Shown here in pieces: positions 13,306-26,500 of a DNA stretch of 64,000 bases. Origin of the DNA: Antedon mediterranea. Lineage: Eukaryota > Animalia > Echinodermata. The translations under genes and the position numbers were made by a program. Under the pieces are notes generated by a model. It had not been told where the DNA came from. It searched no databases and saw nothing but the letters and a program-made list of their open reading frames with translations. Every line of letters begins with the position of its first letter. Within the stretch, counting starts at the first letter, position 1. The stretch spans positions 17,497,237 through 17,561,236 of the forward strand of contig NC_092672.1 of NCBI RefSeq assembly GCF_964355755.1, in the 5' to 3' direction.

Positions 13306-15255
13306 TTTCGATTTTTGGCAAAGTTATGATTTTAAAAACACTGGGTTTAGCAAAGTTAATCTACAACGTAAGTATTATAGATACCCCTGAATGCGTTTTA
13401 AATGAAGTCGATAAAATTGTATTCGATTTTATTTGGAATAATAAAACAGAAAAGATAAAAAGATTAACATTAATCAATGATTATAATAGTGGTGGAATAA
13501 ATGCTCCAGACTTCAGATCTCAAGTCAATGCACTACAAATGTCATTCTTAAAAGATTGTACAATGATGACACTTCAAAATGGAAGTGTTTACCTAAAATG
13601 TATTTTAACAAAATAGGTCCAAGAGAGGTTATTGAAAATATATCAAATGTAAAATATAAAGAAACAGATTACAGCAGTATGCCTTTATTATATAAATCAA
13701 TGTTAAAGTATTTAGCTGAATTCAATCAATATTCTGTCAAAATGTCACTTTCCTATGAACAAATTATAGAACAACCTATATGGGGCAACAACTTGATAAC
13801 ACACAATGGTTTCTCACTCCTTTATAGGAATTGGATTAGATCTGGTATAACAAAGATGAAACATATTATAATTGATGACAGATTTATTAATACAAATGAA
13901 TTACTATTTTTGTTAAATATCAAATCGAATTGGATTGCTGAATTGTCATGTCTACTAAAAGCAATACCACGAGAATGGAAAGATATAATTTATTCAAAAA
14001 TTGATAATGTAAAAGTTAACGAAGTTATATCAATACAGTATAGTAAATTGAGTTGTAAAAACATTCGTCTCTTTTTTATCAAAGAAAAATGTAAAGAACC
14101 AACCAAGAGTAAAACAAAGTGGGAAACACATTTTAATATAGCGAACGATTGGACACTGACGTGGAAAAGAAAAGTAAATGATATTAAAGATAACAAACTT
14201 AAACAGCTAAATTTCAAACTGTTGCATTGTATTATTCCTACCAATAGAAGGCTCTTTAAATGGAATATTAATAATACAGACACTTGCCTGCAATGTAATG
14301 TAATAGAAGATGATAAACACTTCTTTTACCAATGTACTGAAGCAAATGAGTTATGGAAATACATTAATGTTTATACCACATATAAGTTTGGAATTGAGGC
14401 AAACTTTCAAAATATTGTACTCGGTACAAGAAACAGATATGTTGACCACATGTTCTCTCTTGGATGCTTCTGTAAGCACACATTTTGAAAAAAGTAAAGA
14501 AATGGAATTATGGTTCACTTTCTCGCCTCTTTTTGGCAGAAAAAAATAATAGGTTATACCTTAACCGACTATTATAATACGGTATATTCTACAGAGGTTT
14601 ATATAACGCTGTGCAGTGCCAATAGGTGGTTAAATCTTTATATAGAATTATTAAAAAAAAAAATGAAAATAAATGAAATAAATATTAAAAACAAAACGAA
14701 ACGTAACATAAGTAAGCAACAAATATAACCATGAGACATAAAACTAAAACACAAGAGTAAGGAAAGAATTTTTTTTTAAGCTTACTATAATTATTTGAAT
14801 TTTATATTTTTATTTATGTTCTTATTGTAAAAAAAAAAAAAAAAAAAAGAATTAAGAAAATAATTGTATTGCATTTTATATATTGTAAATATTTATTTAT
14901 TTATATACCTTTGTCGTGGGTATGTATGTATGCATGTGTGCAATCATGTACTCGAATATATGCACTTGTGTGTTTTGTACAGAGACATAGACCTATTGTA
15001 GAAAGGAATAGTTAAAATAAAAGAAAATAATGAAAAAAGTGGATAATACATATAAAAGTATAAAGTATATATATATATATATTTGACCGAATTGTTTCGA
15101 TCAAATCGTACTAAAGATAAAAGAAAGTACAAGAAAATAACAGAACAGAATAACAAGGGAATATATATTTGGATGAAGTGTAAAATCATTGTATTGATCA
15201 TTTGAGAATGAAATGAATAAAATAGTGGTTAACGCCACAAAAGAGAGAAAAAAAA
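13306..15255 (+). mobile_element. 5'-truncated Tx1/L1-clade LINE at the centre of foldback 1
   Basis: GKVMILKTLGLAKL, FIWNNK, DYNSGGINAPD and zf-RVT-like FKLLHCIIPTN...CLQC...HFFYQC (ORFs 13158-13616, 13556-14488); AATAAA plus A-rich tail at ~15217-15256. Confidence 0.8.
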
Positions 15256-15257
15256 AG

Positions 15258-16065
15258 AATGCATCTACGTTACTAACTGAGATTTTGTATTGGTTCCGGA
15301 GCTTAATAGTAGCCAAGAAGAAGCCGACACGAAAGTCATCCTGCATGCAAAGCATGCTTTAACAAATAACAATCAAGGCGTAGCAATAATTCGTTCCCAT
15401 TCTGGAGACTTTGACATTCCAGTCATTTCACTATCTCATTTCATAGGGTGATGGGCAGAGGGTAATTATTGATACAAACACTGGGAAATACCGAAATGTA
15501 CTGAAATTGAGTGACATTGATTTAACAAAAGCGCAGAAATCATACCTTATTGGATTCCATGCTTTCACAGGTAACGAGTATAACTCCGCTTTCGTTCGGA
15601 AAGGAAAACGTACCTGCTGGAAGCTTCTGGAATCAAAAGCAAAATGTGTTGACACATTCTGCAACCTTGGAGTGTCAGATGTTCCATCAAAAGAGTTGTA
15701 TGAGGAACTTGAAGAGTATGTTTCACCATTGTATGGAGTGAAGGGGAAAAGTGTAAATCAAGCAAGATATGATATCTTCAACAGAAAGTTTTCCAGACAC
15801 AACAAGATTACAGATATATCATTACTGCCACTATGTCAGCAGACCCTTGAGTTTCATATACTTAGAGCAAACTTCATTACTATAAGAATGGCAATCAGCA
15901 GACGTCAATGATTTTGTCAACAACAGTACACACAATGGATGGAACGAACAAATGGAGCCTAAATGGATTGAGACAGTGATTCCCACTGATGTCCAGGAAC
16001 TGTTTACACATAATGAATATGAAGACTTTTCAGATTGCAGTGATGTGAGCGATCTTGAAGATTAA
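15258..16065 (+). pseudogene. Right-arm remnant of the same nuclease gene
   Basis: SQEEADTKVILHAKHA...SGDFDI...IGFHAFTGNEY...LPLCQQTLEFHILRANF...DCSDVSDLED*. Confidence 0.75.
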
Positions 16066-17714
16066 TACACGACATACAGACTGAAACACTAAAGGGAAGC
16101 ATGTATGTAGTAAAAGAATTAAATTCTTGGCCTTGTTAGGGCTTATTTATCTTTTATCTCATATTACTCGGATTGCACATGAAAAACTGGTCAAGAAAAT
16201 AATATGAGAATGTCAACCTCCAATTGGCACAAAATGAATTAATTGACAGGATTAACGTGATCAGATAGGAGAAATCTCTTGCATTTTGGGTCAAAGGTCA
16301 GTAACGTTATTTCCGGTTATTTTTTACAGATAATGTTCTATTAGTTTGAATATAAACATCTATATTCTGGAGAGTTTGACACCAATTACAACTTTCTGTG
16401 TCCAGTAGTTACGGAGATATGATATCTGTTAGATATTGGGTCAAAGGTCAATAGAGGTATTTACAGCCATTTTCTGACAAAATTTTCTATTACATCAAAT
16501 AGGAACATGTACATTCCAAACAATTTGACACCAAAATCAACTCTCTATGACCAGTGGTTGCCAAGATATCATAGTCTACTGTAACTGGCAGCCATTTTGA
16601 AAAAAGCGCCCTCACGCGAAAGTTCTCAGGTTACAGCCCGTTTACCCAATATATTTGGATTCCCCAGAAAAAACTGGTCTAGAAAAGTTATATGAGAATT
16701 TCTACCTCTCCGGGTGGCACCTACCTCATTCATAGCCTAGTCTAAATGTCAACACGCAAAATATTTTACTAAAATACGGTGATGTACAGTAATTATTTTA
16801 CCGAAAAATGGAATAGGCTTAGCTTATACAACTGCCGCCTGAAGGGGGCAACATGTTTACGTTATTTTTCTTTTTTTTTGTTTCAGGCCTTACATTTTGG
16901 AATCTACAAGTCAGATTTTCATAATTATTTTTTTAATTGTACACATCCACGTCAAATAGCGATAATGGGAAATTAAGTGTTCCGAGAGCCATTTTAATTT
17001 TAAAGTTAGCCAGAGCCTTTTTTGATAGGCTAGAAAGTTACCGAACATTTCGAGCGACACAAGTTCTGACTTCCGTGTTTTATAGGCTGTCTAAATTTCC
17101 TTTCTAACTCGTTTATATTAAATTATATTGCTGTTTAATTGATTTCTGTGTATTAGGAACATTTATATTAAACAAAAACCACAGCAATAACAATTTTAGT
17201 TGATTATGGATTAATTTATTTGAATTCTAAGATAAACGTCTAAGTGTAAGTGTAAACAAAGCGAGTCATATGACGAAAACAAGAAAACTACCTAGTTTGT
17301 TAAAATAGTTAACATTAATTTTGAATTTTTAAATGAACTTCTGAAAACGCTATAATATAGTCTTTATGTATTTTCTAAGAATTCCAAAAATAAGCTTGGT
17401 GATATTTTTCAAACAATTTCTTTAAGGAGTTGAATATAGAGGTGTTTTAAGCGAAAGCACGGTGTGCGTAGGCCTAAGAATACGCGGCAGGGCTGGAATA
17501 ATCGTTTTCTTAGGCAAGAGAATGACGGAAGATGCGCTTCCTCATTGGCCCCTCGATTGTAATTCTTGTTAAGTGGCTGATTCATAATCTTAATATATGA
17601 GACACAGGGCTTATAAATCTAATCTATTCCAATCTTAAACGTTTACAAATGAAATTTTATCGGAGCGCCTACAACAGCTCCATAATGAACAAATCATTTC
17701 ATCATATTTAGTAT

Positions 17715-17930
17715 AACATCATGCTAAAATGCCTTGAAAACTAGGCAGAAGCAGGTTGCCGTTACGTTAGTATACTGTAGCTAGGCCTAGCCTACTCAGG
17801 CCTAGCAAACGAGGTGACGATGTACAATCTGTGTGGTGAGGCATTTATGTTCGGTGTATAAGACGCACCCTTAATTTAGAGGTCAAATTTGCGTGTCAAA
17901 AGTGCGACTTATACACCGAAATATACGGTA
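17715..17930. repeat. Right-end fragment of a pogo-like MITE
   Basis: Ends CTTATACACCGAAATATACGG-TA; a second copy lies at ~21782-21991; no left end found. Confidence 0.6.
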
Positions 17931-17970
17931 TGCCTGTAAATTAATGAGAAATTGTTGTTGATTATTACTA

Positions 17971-18718
17971 CAGTCGACTCCGCCTAAGTCGAATTCGCGT
18001 AAGTCGAAAAATCGCGAAAGTCGAATTTTTAGGAAAGTCCCAATTCTTTCCTATACATTACTGTGTAATTTTTATTTCTAAGTCGAATTTTTCTAAGTCA
18101 AAATTCGTCTAAGTCGACGTCTTTTTGCGGTCCGAATACACACATTCTTTAGTGATTTATATCGTATAAGTCGAAGTCACAAATTACGCGGCAAAAATGA
18201 TGAAACGTACGTAATTCGATAAACAAACAACGGAGGGGATAATGTGGGACCATATCGGTTCTCTCAAGCAGGTTCTATAGTATAGGCGGCGTCCTACAAC
18301 TCGCGCTAGTGTATAGTTTATGAGTTGTTTCAGAGTTGAGAACTTGAGCGGCGTTTTGTGGGTACCTATTTTGTGCTAGACAGATGGCAATAAACAATGG
18401 ATACCGATTTCGAATAAGAACCGAAATGTATTTATTATACGTTTTTGTATTGTTTCGGAAAAATACAGTTTATCATTGCCGATAAAGAGGCTTAGCATTT
18501 ATTAGGCCTAGCTAGCTAGCTAACCAAACTCAATTCAAGAAGTCTCTTCGCGTGGGCCGCGATCGCGACAGGACAGGGTCAACTAGGCTTAGTAGCCATA
18601 GCGCGGCTAGTGAGTGAACCTAGGCCTAGGATTTTTTTGGCAAATCTGCAAGTCGAAGTTCGCGTAACTCGAATTTTTATACCGGTCCCATTAGATTCGA
18701 CTTAGGCGGAGTCGACTG
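17971..18718. mobile_element. Tigger/pogo-type MITE
   Basis: Perfect TIR CAGTCGACTCCGCCTAAGTCGAA; TA flanks; internal AAGTCGAA repeats. Confidence 0.9.
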
Positions 18719-19903
18719 TATTTCTATTGTATTGAAGTATGCAGACAGCTTAACAACAACCCTCTGTGGTCTATAAAAAAAAAACATTAAATTAATAATA
18801 ATCATTATTTAGTTATATTTGTAGTCATTTATTTTTATTTTCTTAGGCCTATAAATACGCGCGCCCGACAATGAACACGCGCCAACAATGCACACACTAC
18901 TACTCCACTATAATAGGCTAAAGCCTGTCTCTCCTAACTGTAAACTTGATTTTTAAATGAAATAAAGAGGCTTTGTAAAGTTTTATGATTAAAAACAGCT
19001 TTCCTATATTATATAATGTTCTTATTATTTTAAAAAGCAACATTGTTAATCTTATGGTGTAAAAAAATGATTTTAGCTACAACAATGTGTTCCAGTTTTA
19101 GCAGTACAATACCCAAGAAGGCACATGTTTAAGCAGCCATTAAAAAAAAAATTCCACCAACGAAATTTTGTTATTAACTACTATTGAAAAATCAAATATC
19201 CAGAAAATATAAAACCAACCTTCTAAAAAAATTAGGTTGTTTTTATTACAGCCTCAACAAATTAGACAAAATTTTAAATGGATTCGCCAAGCAAGTACTG
19301 TAGGCATACGTTTAATAAAAATTTACCCAAGATTGTCGTAAGCTCTTTTGTTCAAACTTGTTATTTATAGCAATAATCCACCCGTTCCGGCATGCACGCT
19401 AGGCCTCCAGCCTAGGCCTACTCCTCGATCAATCGATGTCGCTGGTGGGGAATTTCCCAGCGATAAGAAATCGGCGAAATAGCTCATAAACGGCCTACAT
19501 TTTAATGTTATATCTTTAATGCCAGTGTAATTTTACGTATGGATAAAACAATATAAAACTCAATGTTTTTCGCGTAATGAAGCATAAGACGGATTCGGAA
19601 TAGTTTTTGGGTTTAAAAATGGTAGCTAGCTAGGCTAAGGCCTAGAAGTAGAAGCCCTAGGCTAGGCCTGTGCCTAAAAAAAATGAGTAAATTCTATTGG
19701 GCAATACTATCATGTGTAAATATTGTACATTATGTAATTAAGTTAAATTATGTTATATACTGAATTTTAGTTAAAATACAGTATAAATTTTTAAAATTCT
19801 TTGTACTGAGGCTATATAAATCGAACGATTGATTGATTGATCCATAAAAAAATAAGAATGTAAAAATACTGATGGATAAACCTATGTAAAAATTAAGCCA
19901 ACT

Positions 19904-21607
19904 CAGGCCTCGAATTTTACCGCGGCCACCGCGGCCAGTGCCGTCGGTGCCCTCCCAGTTGGCCTCAATGCCCTCGAAAATGAATAGCACCCACGGCCAC
20001 TACTGGCCTGCCCTTTTTTTTGCGTTGGCCGCGAGTGCCCTTCCCGAGTTTTACCACAATAAAAACCACTGAATTAGATAGAAAATAATGTCAAGAAGAT
20101 TTGTTTACACGACTCAGACGAGACGCAAAACTATCGCCTGTCTTCGTTGCAAGGGGATTTCCCTAAACGCATTTATTAATACACAAACAGTAAACAAAAC
20201 ATCGAACATTGCAAAAGGGTACCAAAACAATATCATCCCGGCCGCCGTGCGTGGTAAATCATGGTATAGATAGTACATCAATATACAGGGGTGTAAACTT
20301 TTAATAATCAAGCTAAAAACGTTCCTCGATCGGAGGTTACTGAAAGTATTAAAGTCGCACAATAATCGAGCTAGCCGCCGCCTTCGATGAAAAAAATATT
20401 ACACGCACTCGCTCCTAGCTAGCCTAGCCTATCCTCCCGCCGCCGATCCGGTCGAACACACGCAATTCAATGCATTGGGAAAACAATTCTATTTGACGCA
20501 CACGCACCCTCTGATAAGAAATTTCACACACAAAAAACGTCGCGTGTGAGAGTACCACGCGCGAAGGATCGGCGGATCGTTGGAAAAACAATTCCTTTTG
20601 ACGTACACGCACCCTCTGAGAAGAAAATACCATGTGCGTTCCTGCATGCTGTAGTCCATTATACGTGTAAAATTAGGGGTGTTTACCTTTAGCACCAAAG
20701 TTAAACCTGCACCACAACCCGAAGATCGTTGGAAGTATATCATATTTATATTTTATCGCACCCACCTCAATAATCCGGCAGACAGATCATCGAAAAATCT
20801 TGTTTAACAACGTCGTACACTAAATTACCAAACGCGTTTTTACCGAATTCAAGGAAATGGTATAGTCCAGAATACACGTGCCGAAGGCTAAACAGAGAGA
20901 GAAAGGGGTCGGTGTCCGTCCGTGTTTGTTATACTAACAAAAAAGCTTCAGAAATCGAAACTCGGAAAATAACTATAATTTATATTCTACTACATAATGT
21001 CATTGGCTTGATTTTTACCGTGGTAAACACTCTGTGTATGAATAGTTGTAGGTAAGGCCTACAAACAAATTGTTTTTGTATCATGTTTTCTCCGTCGGCT
21101 GCTAGGTTAGGCTGAGTAGCTTGCTGTTGGAAGGGTTTTTATACCTGTTCCGGGCCTTACTTGGTTGGCTTCACATGCCTTTTTATCGCATTATTTGAAA
21201 CTAAACGAAACATTCAACACAGGACGGTAAACTATAAACGCTGAACATCGTACCTATTTATTATTTATATAGATCGTAAATACACGTAATATTTATATGA
21301 AATACAAAAACATGTATTGTAGACAGTCCTACTACTACTCCGCGATCTGATGAATAGGGGGAAATCCCAAAAAACATTTTGCGGGTAGAATTTTTTTTTT
21401 GGGAAAAAAATTCCACCCTCAACCGGAAAAAAGCTATTTTTAAATTTTGGCCTAGTTATTAAAATATTTTTTAATTTTGGCCTTGGTGCCCCTTTGATTT
21501 AAAACAAATGGCCTTGGTGCCCTCCCATTTGGCCTTGGTGCCCCTAAAATCAATGAAAACCGGAGGCCAAATGGCCTTGCCCCTAAAATCCCCAAATTCG
21601 AGGCCTG
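19904..21607. mobile_element. Non-autonomous hAT-like element with 6-bp TSD
   Basis: TIR CAGGCCTCGAATTT; CCAACT at 19898-19903 and 21608-21613; subterminal GGCC...GTGCCC repeats; internal 21216-21450 resembles 9805-10030. Confidence 0.75.
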
Positions 21608-21781
21608 CCAACTTATAAATATTGTATATATATGTAACATATTTAGTTAGTTAAGAGACGTAAAACGACACGCGTGTTGATTTTCGATTCCCCGCGCGTT
21701 GACTTTCGACGCCCCGACGAATTGATTGTGATTCACAACAAAATCTCCTGCGAATGGACTTTCTCAAGTTGGGACCTCTGA

Positions 21782-21991
21782 ACATCACGCTAAAATGCCT
21801 TGAAAACTAGGCAGAAGCAGGTTGCCGTTACGTTAGTACACTGTAGTTAGCCTAGGCCTAGCCAACGAGGTGACGATATGTAGGCTACAATCTGTGTGGT
21901 GTGAGGCATAATGTTCGGTGTATAAGACGCACCCTTAATTTTGAGGTCAAATTTGCGTGTCAAAAGTGCGACTTATACACCGAAATATACG
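21782..21991. repeat. Second copy of the pogo-like MITE end seen at 17715-17930
   Basis: Near-identical ~210-bp sequence by eye. Confidence 0.6.
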
Positions 21992-22423
21992 CAACGGTAT
22001 ATCGGGCCCAACGCTAAGATGATCGGGACCAACTGGCAAGACGATCGGGCGCAACGTGGTTCTGAAAATACTGGACGATCGAGACCAACTGGTATGACGA
22101 TCGAGCCCAACACATAAGATCGTCTTGTTGGGCCCCGATTGTCCGTGCCGTGGTCTCGATTGTCTGTTTCCTGGCTAATAGGCCTAGGCTAGGCTTAGTG
22201 TAGTAGTAGCAGTATCTGTAGTGGATCTCCTCTGTAGTAGGCCTAGGCTAGGCTAGTACTAGTCGCCTAGGCTAGGCCAGCCCTAGGCCTTGCCTAGGTC
22301 TAGCCTAGGCCTAGACTTATATTATAGGCTAGGCTAGGCCTAGCCTAGCTAGGCTAGGACTAGATAAATAATAAATACTTTTTTAAACGTTAACCAAAAA
22401 TACAAATTAAAAAATATAATTAC

Positions 22424-22472
22424 CAGAAACAACTAATGCTTCATTTGGACCAACAGTATGGCAATTTCCCAT
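22424..22472 (-). CDS. FLOT2: Flotillin-2 coding exon 1 (49 nt)
   Basis: ATG GGA AAT TGC CAT ACT GTT GGT CCA AAT GAA GCA TTA GTT GTT TCT G|gtaatt = MGNCHTVGPNEALVVS(G), the canonical FLOT2 N-terminus with Gly2 myristoylation and Cys4 palmitoylation sites. Confidence 0.97.
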
Positions 22473-22607
22473 GTTTTTTTATTTTAATTGATTCCCTCCT
22501 CTAAATACGTTGTAATAAGCTGTTTTTTTAGAAACCGAAAAACATGGCCGACCACAACACTACTCACACCCGGATTTCACGAGAGGGCAGTATTTCAAAT
22601 AAATGCT
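22473..22607 (-). promoter_or_regulatory. Probable FLOT2 5' UTR / proximal promoter
   Basis: Directly upstream of the ATG; YY1-like AAACATGGCCG (~22540-22550) and ETS-like CCGGAT (~22569) on the + strand; TSS cannot be determined. Confidence 0.4.
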
Positions 22608-23424
22608 CAGAGCCATATATATAAAGAGTTACGACATTGAAAATTAGAAGCCATTTTTGTGTCAAAGAATTCGCACGCTGAGGGCGCGCGCGTCTCTTTT
22701 GTATAGCGTTTTCCTGTAGTTCCATGCATTATTTTTAGATTTTGTTGTCAATGAAATAACGCTTAGATTCCGTTTTTATTTTAGTAAATAAAGTTATTAA
22801 TGGTATTAATTTGGTAACATATATATATTGTGTCTATAATAACAAAAGAATAAATGCTAGGGCCTACATGCAAGTCAGGATATATCAAAGCATGAACCAA
22901 TACAAAAAACACACAAATTCACCCCTCTTTTTATACAGTATAATGGCTCTCTGTGTGTTTTTGACACAAACTTTCAGAGACTCGTTCATCATTTCATTTG
23001 TAATAATTTGCCTTTATTATTTTAATATTGTTCATACCTATTCAATATATTAACAAATATATCCACGACACTTTATTATTTTATTTAGTCATCAAAGCAT
23101 GCATTATGAATTGAAAATATTACATAATTGTTATTATGGGACGTAGTTATGGGATGTTTTGTTCCAAAATCAATCAATCGAACGTTATAATGTACTAGCG
23201 TACGCGCGCGAAACATTCTTTGGCGCAAGTGGTTCTTTACGCTGTGCACGTCGATATTCCACCGTAAAATGTGCAATTACATTTTTTTTAATATAAGAAA
23301 AAGTTTAAAGTAATTTCTTGCTCCTATACTTTACATGCATTAACGGAGACAAGTTTGACACAAATTGATCTGCATATCACGTGACTTAAATCCAATGTCG
23401 TAACTCTTTATATATATGGCTCTG
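22608..23424. mobile_element. P-element-like MITE (817 bp)
   Basis: Perfect 32-bp TIR CAGAGCCATATATATAAAGAGTTACGACATTG; 8-bp TSD TAAATGCT (22600-07, 23425-32); CANRG terminus fits the P superfamily (hAT not excluded). Confidence 0.85.
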
Positions 23425-23519
23425 TAAATGCTAAATCACAGCCATTACGTATTATCTATTATTATGGCTAGTTTTATTTTTTTCTCATAATATTTGAAGT
23501 TGAAGCAAAAAAATAAAAA

Positions 23520-26500
23520 ACACCTTGCAAATTAAATTGTTTAACCATTGCTGCCATCTTGCTAAGTCGTTACCAGTTAATTCTTGGTCCCATTGAACAT
23601 TATTTCTGCACATTTCTTGAAGGAGGATTTTAGCGGGTAAAATAAACGGTGCCGCAAATCCCAAAGGATCGTATACTGAGCTGATTATAGAAAGAACGTT
23701 TCTTCTAGTTGGTTGTCGACTTGGTACAACATTCTTAAATCCAAGAGTATCAGCGCCTACTGACCATCTAATTCCTAGAGCTCGTTCTATCGAAAGTTTC
23801 TCATAATCTAATTCTATGTTTTCAAACTCTTTGGCTCGTTCAGCTGCTGGAACCGAAAGTAGTACTTCTCGCTTGTTGCTTACCCATTTCGATAACTTGA
23901 AACCACCCATTTCACAAAGTGTGGTAAGCTGCTGAATAAGAGATACTGCTTGGTCACTTGAACTAACCGATTTGAGGCAATCGTCAACATAAAAGTTACC
24001 CAACACTGTATCGGCTACTATCGGATCGAATAAATTCTTGTTCCTCTGTGCAGTCAAACGCAGTGCAAAGTTGGCACACGAAGGCGATGAGACAGCCCCA
24101 AACAAATGAACTGTCATTCTGTAGATAACTGGATCAATGCTTAGATTACCTTGCGGCCACCAATAGAACCGAAGAAAATCACATTCATCTTTGGGAACAT
24201 GAACTTGGTAAAACATCGATACAATGTCTCCCATGACTGCAACATTCTCTTGTCGGAAACGCAATAAGACGCCAATGAGGTTGTTGGTTAGGTTTGGACC
24301 TTGAAGGAGAAGGTCGTTTAGTGATACCCCATGGTATTTACAAGTACAGTCGAAGACGACACGAACTTTGTCTGGTTTCTTGGGGTGATACACCCCATGA
24401 TGCGGGATGTACCATACCTTCCCGTCAGCTCTAGCTAAATCCTTAATAGGGACAATTTCTGCATACCCATTTTGTATTATTTTAGACATGAAGTCGTTAT
24501 AATCAGAATGTAGCTTGGAGTCTCTCAGGAGCCACTTTTCTAAACCTTTTAGTCGACGTACAGCTACTTCAGAGTTATCGGGCAAGTTTAAGTCACTTCT
24601 GAAAGGTAAACTAATTTGATAGTGGCCATCTTTCAACCTACAGGATTTTTCCACTACCGCCATAAATCTTCTGTCCTCTTGAGACCATTCTTTCCTGTCG
24701 TCAATTGTACGTTCAGGAAAGTCATAATTAATGCATTCTCTCACTAACTTCTCTAGTTTTCTGTTGTCTTCAACTTCCTGTATCGCACTTATAGTGGCTT
24801 TGTTCACTGCCAAGATATCTTCTTTACCAGACCTGGATCCATCGTTCCGAATTACGTTCCATGCTATCCAACCTAAAGCTGTCTGTGTCGCATGTGGGCT
24901 CCCAGCTGGTCCGGTTCTAACTTGCCTTGGCGTGTATGCATCTGGAACATTATTTCCAATTAACAAACCAATGTCGGCGTTGACATGTGGAAGATGGACA
25001 TCTGAAAAGTGTGGCCAACGACGAACATCGCTGGCAGTAGGTATGTGATGGTGAGAAACTGGCATCCTATCTTTAGTATAAACTTTAGGTAATTCTGTTA
25101 TATTCAAACTATCAAGACTTAGGATTTCTAAACCTTCCACCACGTAGGTATACATTGTATGTGGTACACCCATTGTTTCGATTGTGATCTTCATTTTATG
25201 ACCGGTCCCACACACTTCCTTCATCAGAGCACTGGAGCAGAAAGACACATTGCTACCAGGATCAAGAAATGCATATGTGACGACTTCCTTAATACTATTT
25301 CTCATTCTCACTCTTACTGGAACAATTGCCATCGTACAGTCTCCATCACATTCTGTATTTTCTGTATCAGAACCATATACATCTGCAAAACTTGAGCTAC
25401 CGTCTATCTGTGTCTGTGTAGTAGTGGATTTGGTCTTTGAAGTGTCCGTGTTAGGAGCTACTGTCTTGGGAGCCTCCATATTATTAGCTATTGTCTTTGG
25501 AACATCCACAGCGTTTCCTTCTCTGCCAGAAACATGCAAAACTGAAGGGTGATGCCCCTGACATTTCTTACAAACTGCCTTATTGCGACAATGCTGTTTC
25601 ATATGACCTGGTTTCAAGCAGCCAAAACACAAACCCTTGCTTCTCAGAAAATGTATGCGGCCCTGCAGGGTAAGTGTTTCAATCTTTCGGCAACCCATTA
25701 GTGAATGTGAGGTATTCATGCAGTACAGGCATCTTGTAGTTTGTGAATTTGCCTTATTACCGCTCAGAATAGAACCATCCAAGTTCTGCCCGTCTGAAAG
25801 GTTGGTTGCTGTGCTGACTCTCCCTCTACTCTTTGTCTGTGCCGGCCCCTGTACACCAAAGTCATCTCCACATAATGCAAGTTTACCATAAGTAGGGTCA
25901 TTAGCCTTTTTTGCTTCGTTCTTCACAAACTGCACAAGAAGTTTAAACGCCACTGTCTGCTTGTTTTCTTTAGTTTTCTGCACTAAACTTCTCCATTTGT
26001 CATGAAGGGAGTAAGGAAGCCTCTTCACAATCTTCTTCATGTTTTCAGAGTACTCAAGAATTTTCATAGAATCAACGCATCTTACCGCATTTTCACATTC
26101 TACCAGAAATATTGAGAAGGCATCTAAAGCTTTAGGGTTACCATCTTTGATTACTGGCCAAGCTAGTGCCTTTCTAACAAAGGCATTTGCGATTAATTCT
26201 GTATCTCCATATCGTTCCTCCAATTCATGTAAAGCTGCTTGGTACCCCAACTCGGCATCAAGATAACTAAAGCCATTTACAATCTTCTTTGCTTCTCCGT
26301 AGGTAAACTGCTCTAAGTAGTACAACCGCTCATCATCACTTTCCGTATTTCTCACAACTCTGGCTTGAAACTGTCGCATGAATTTTTTATATTCCATGGG
26401 ATCACCACCAAACTTCATCATTTCCGGTGTTGGCCTCTGAAGCTGTTTCACCAGTGCCTGAGGAAGATCTGCGGTAATAGTCGGCATTCCATATGGATTA

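Larger units (their letters stand above)
10971..16744. mobile_element. Foldback DNA-transposon derivative 1 (TAGAC...GTCTA) in FLOT2 intron 1
   Basis: Left arm 10971-~13115 (minus a MITE) is the reverse complement of right arm ~15255-16744; AAT on both flanks; ~140-bp subterminal repeats containing TTGACCTTTGACCC. Confidence 0.9.

Noticed and set aside
22005-22170. Short GATCGGG(A/C)CCAAC repeats with partial inversion
   Set aside because: Probably the end of a decayed MITE; no boundaries or TSD could be established.
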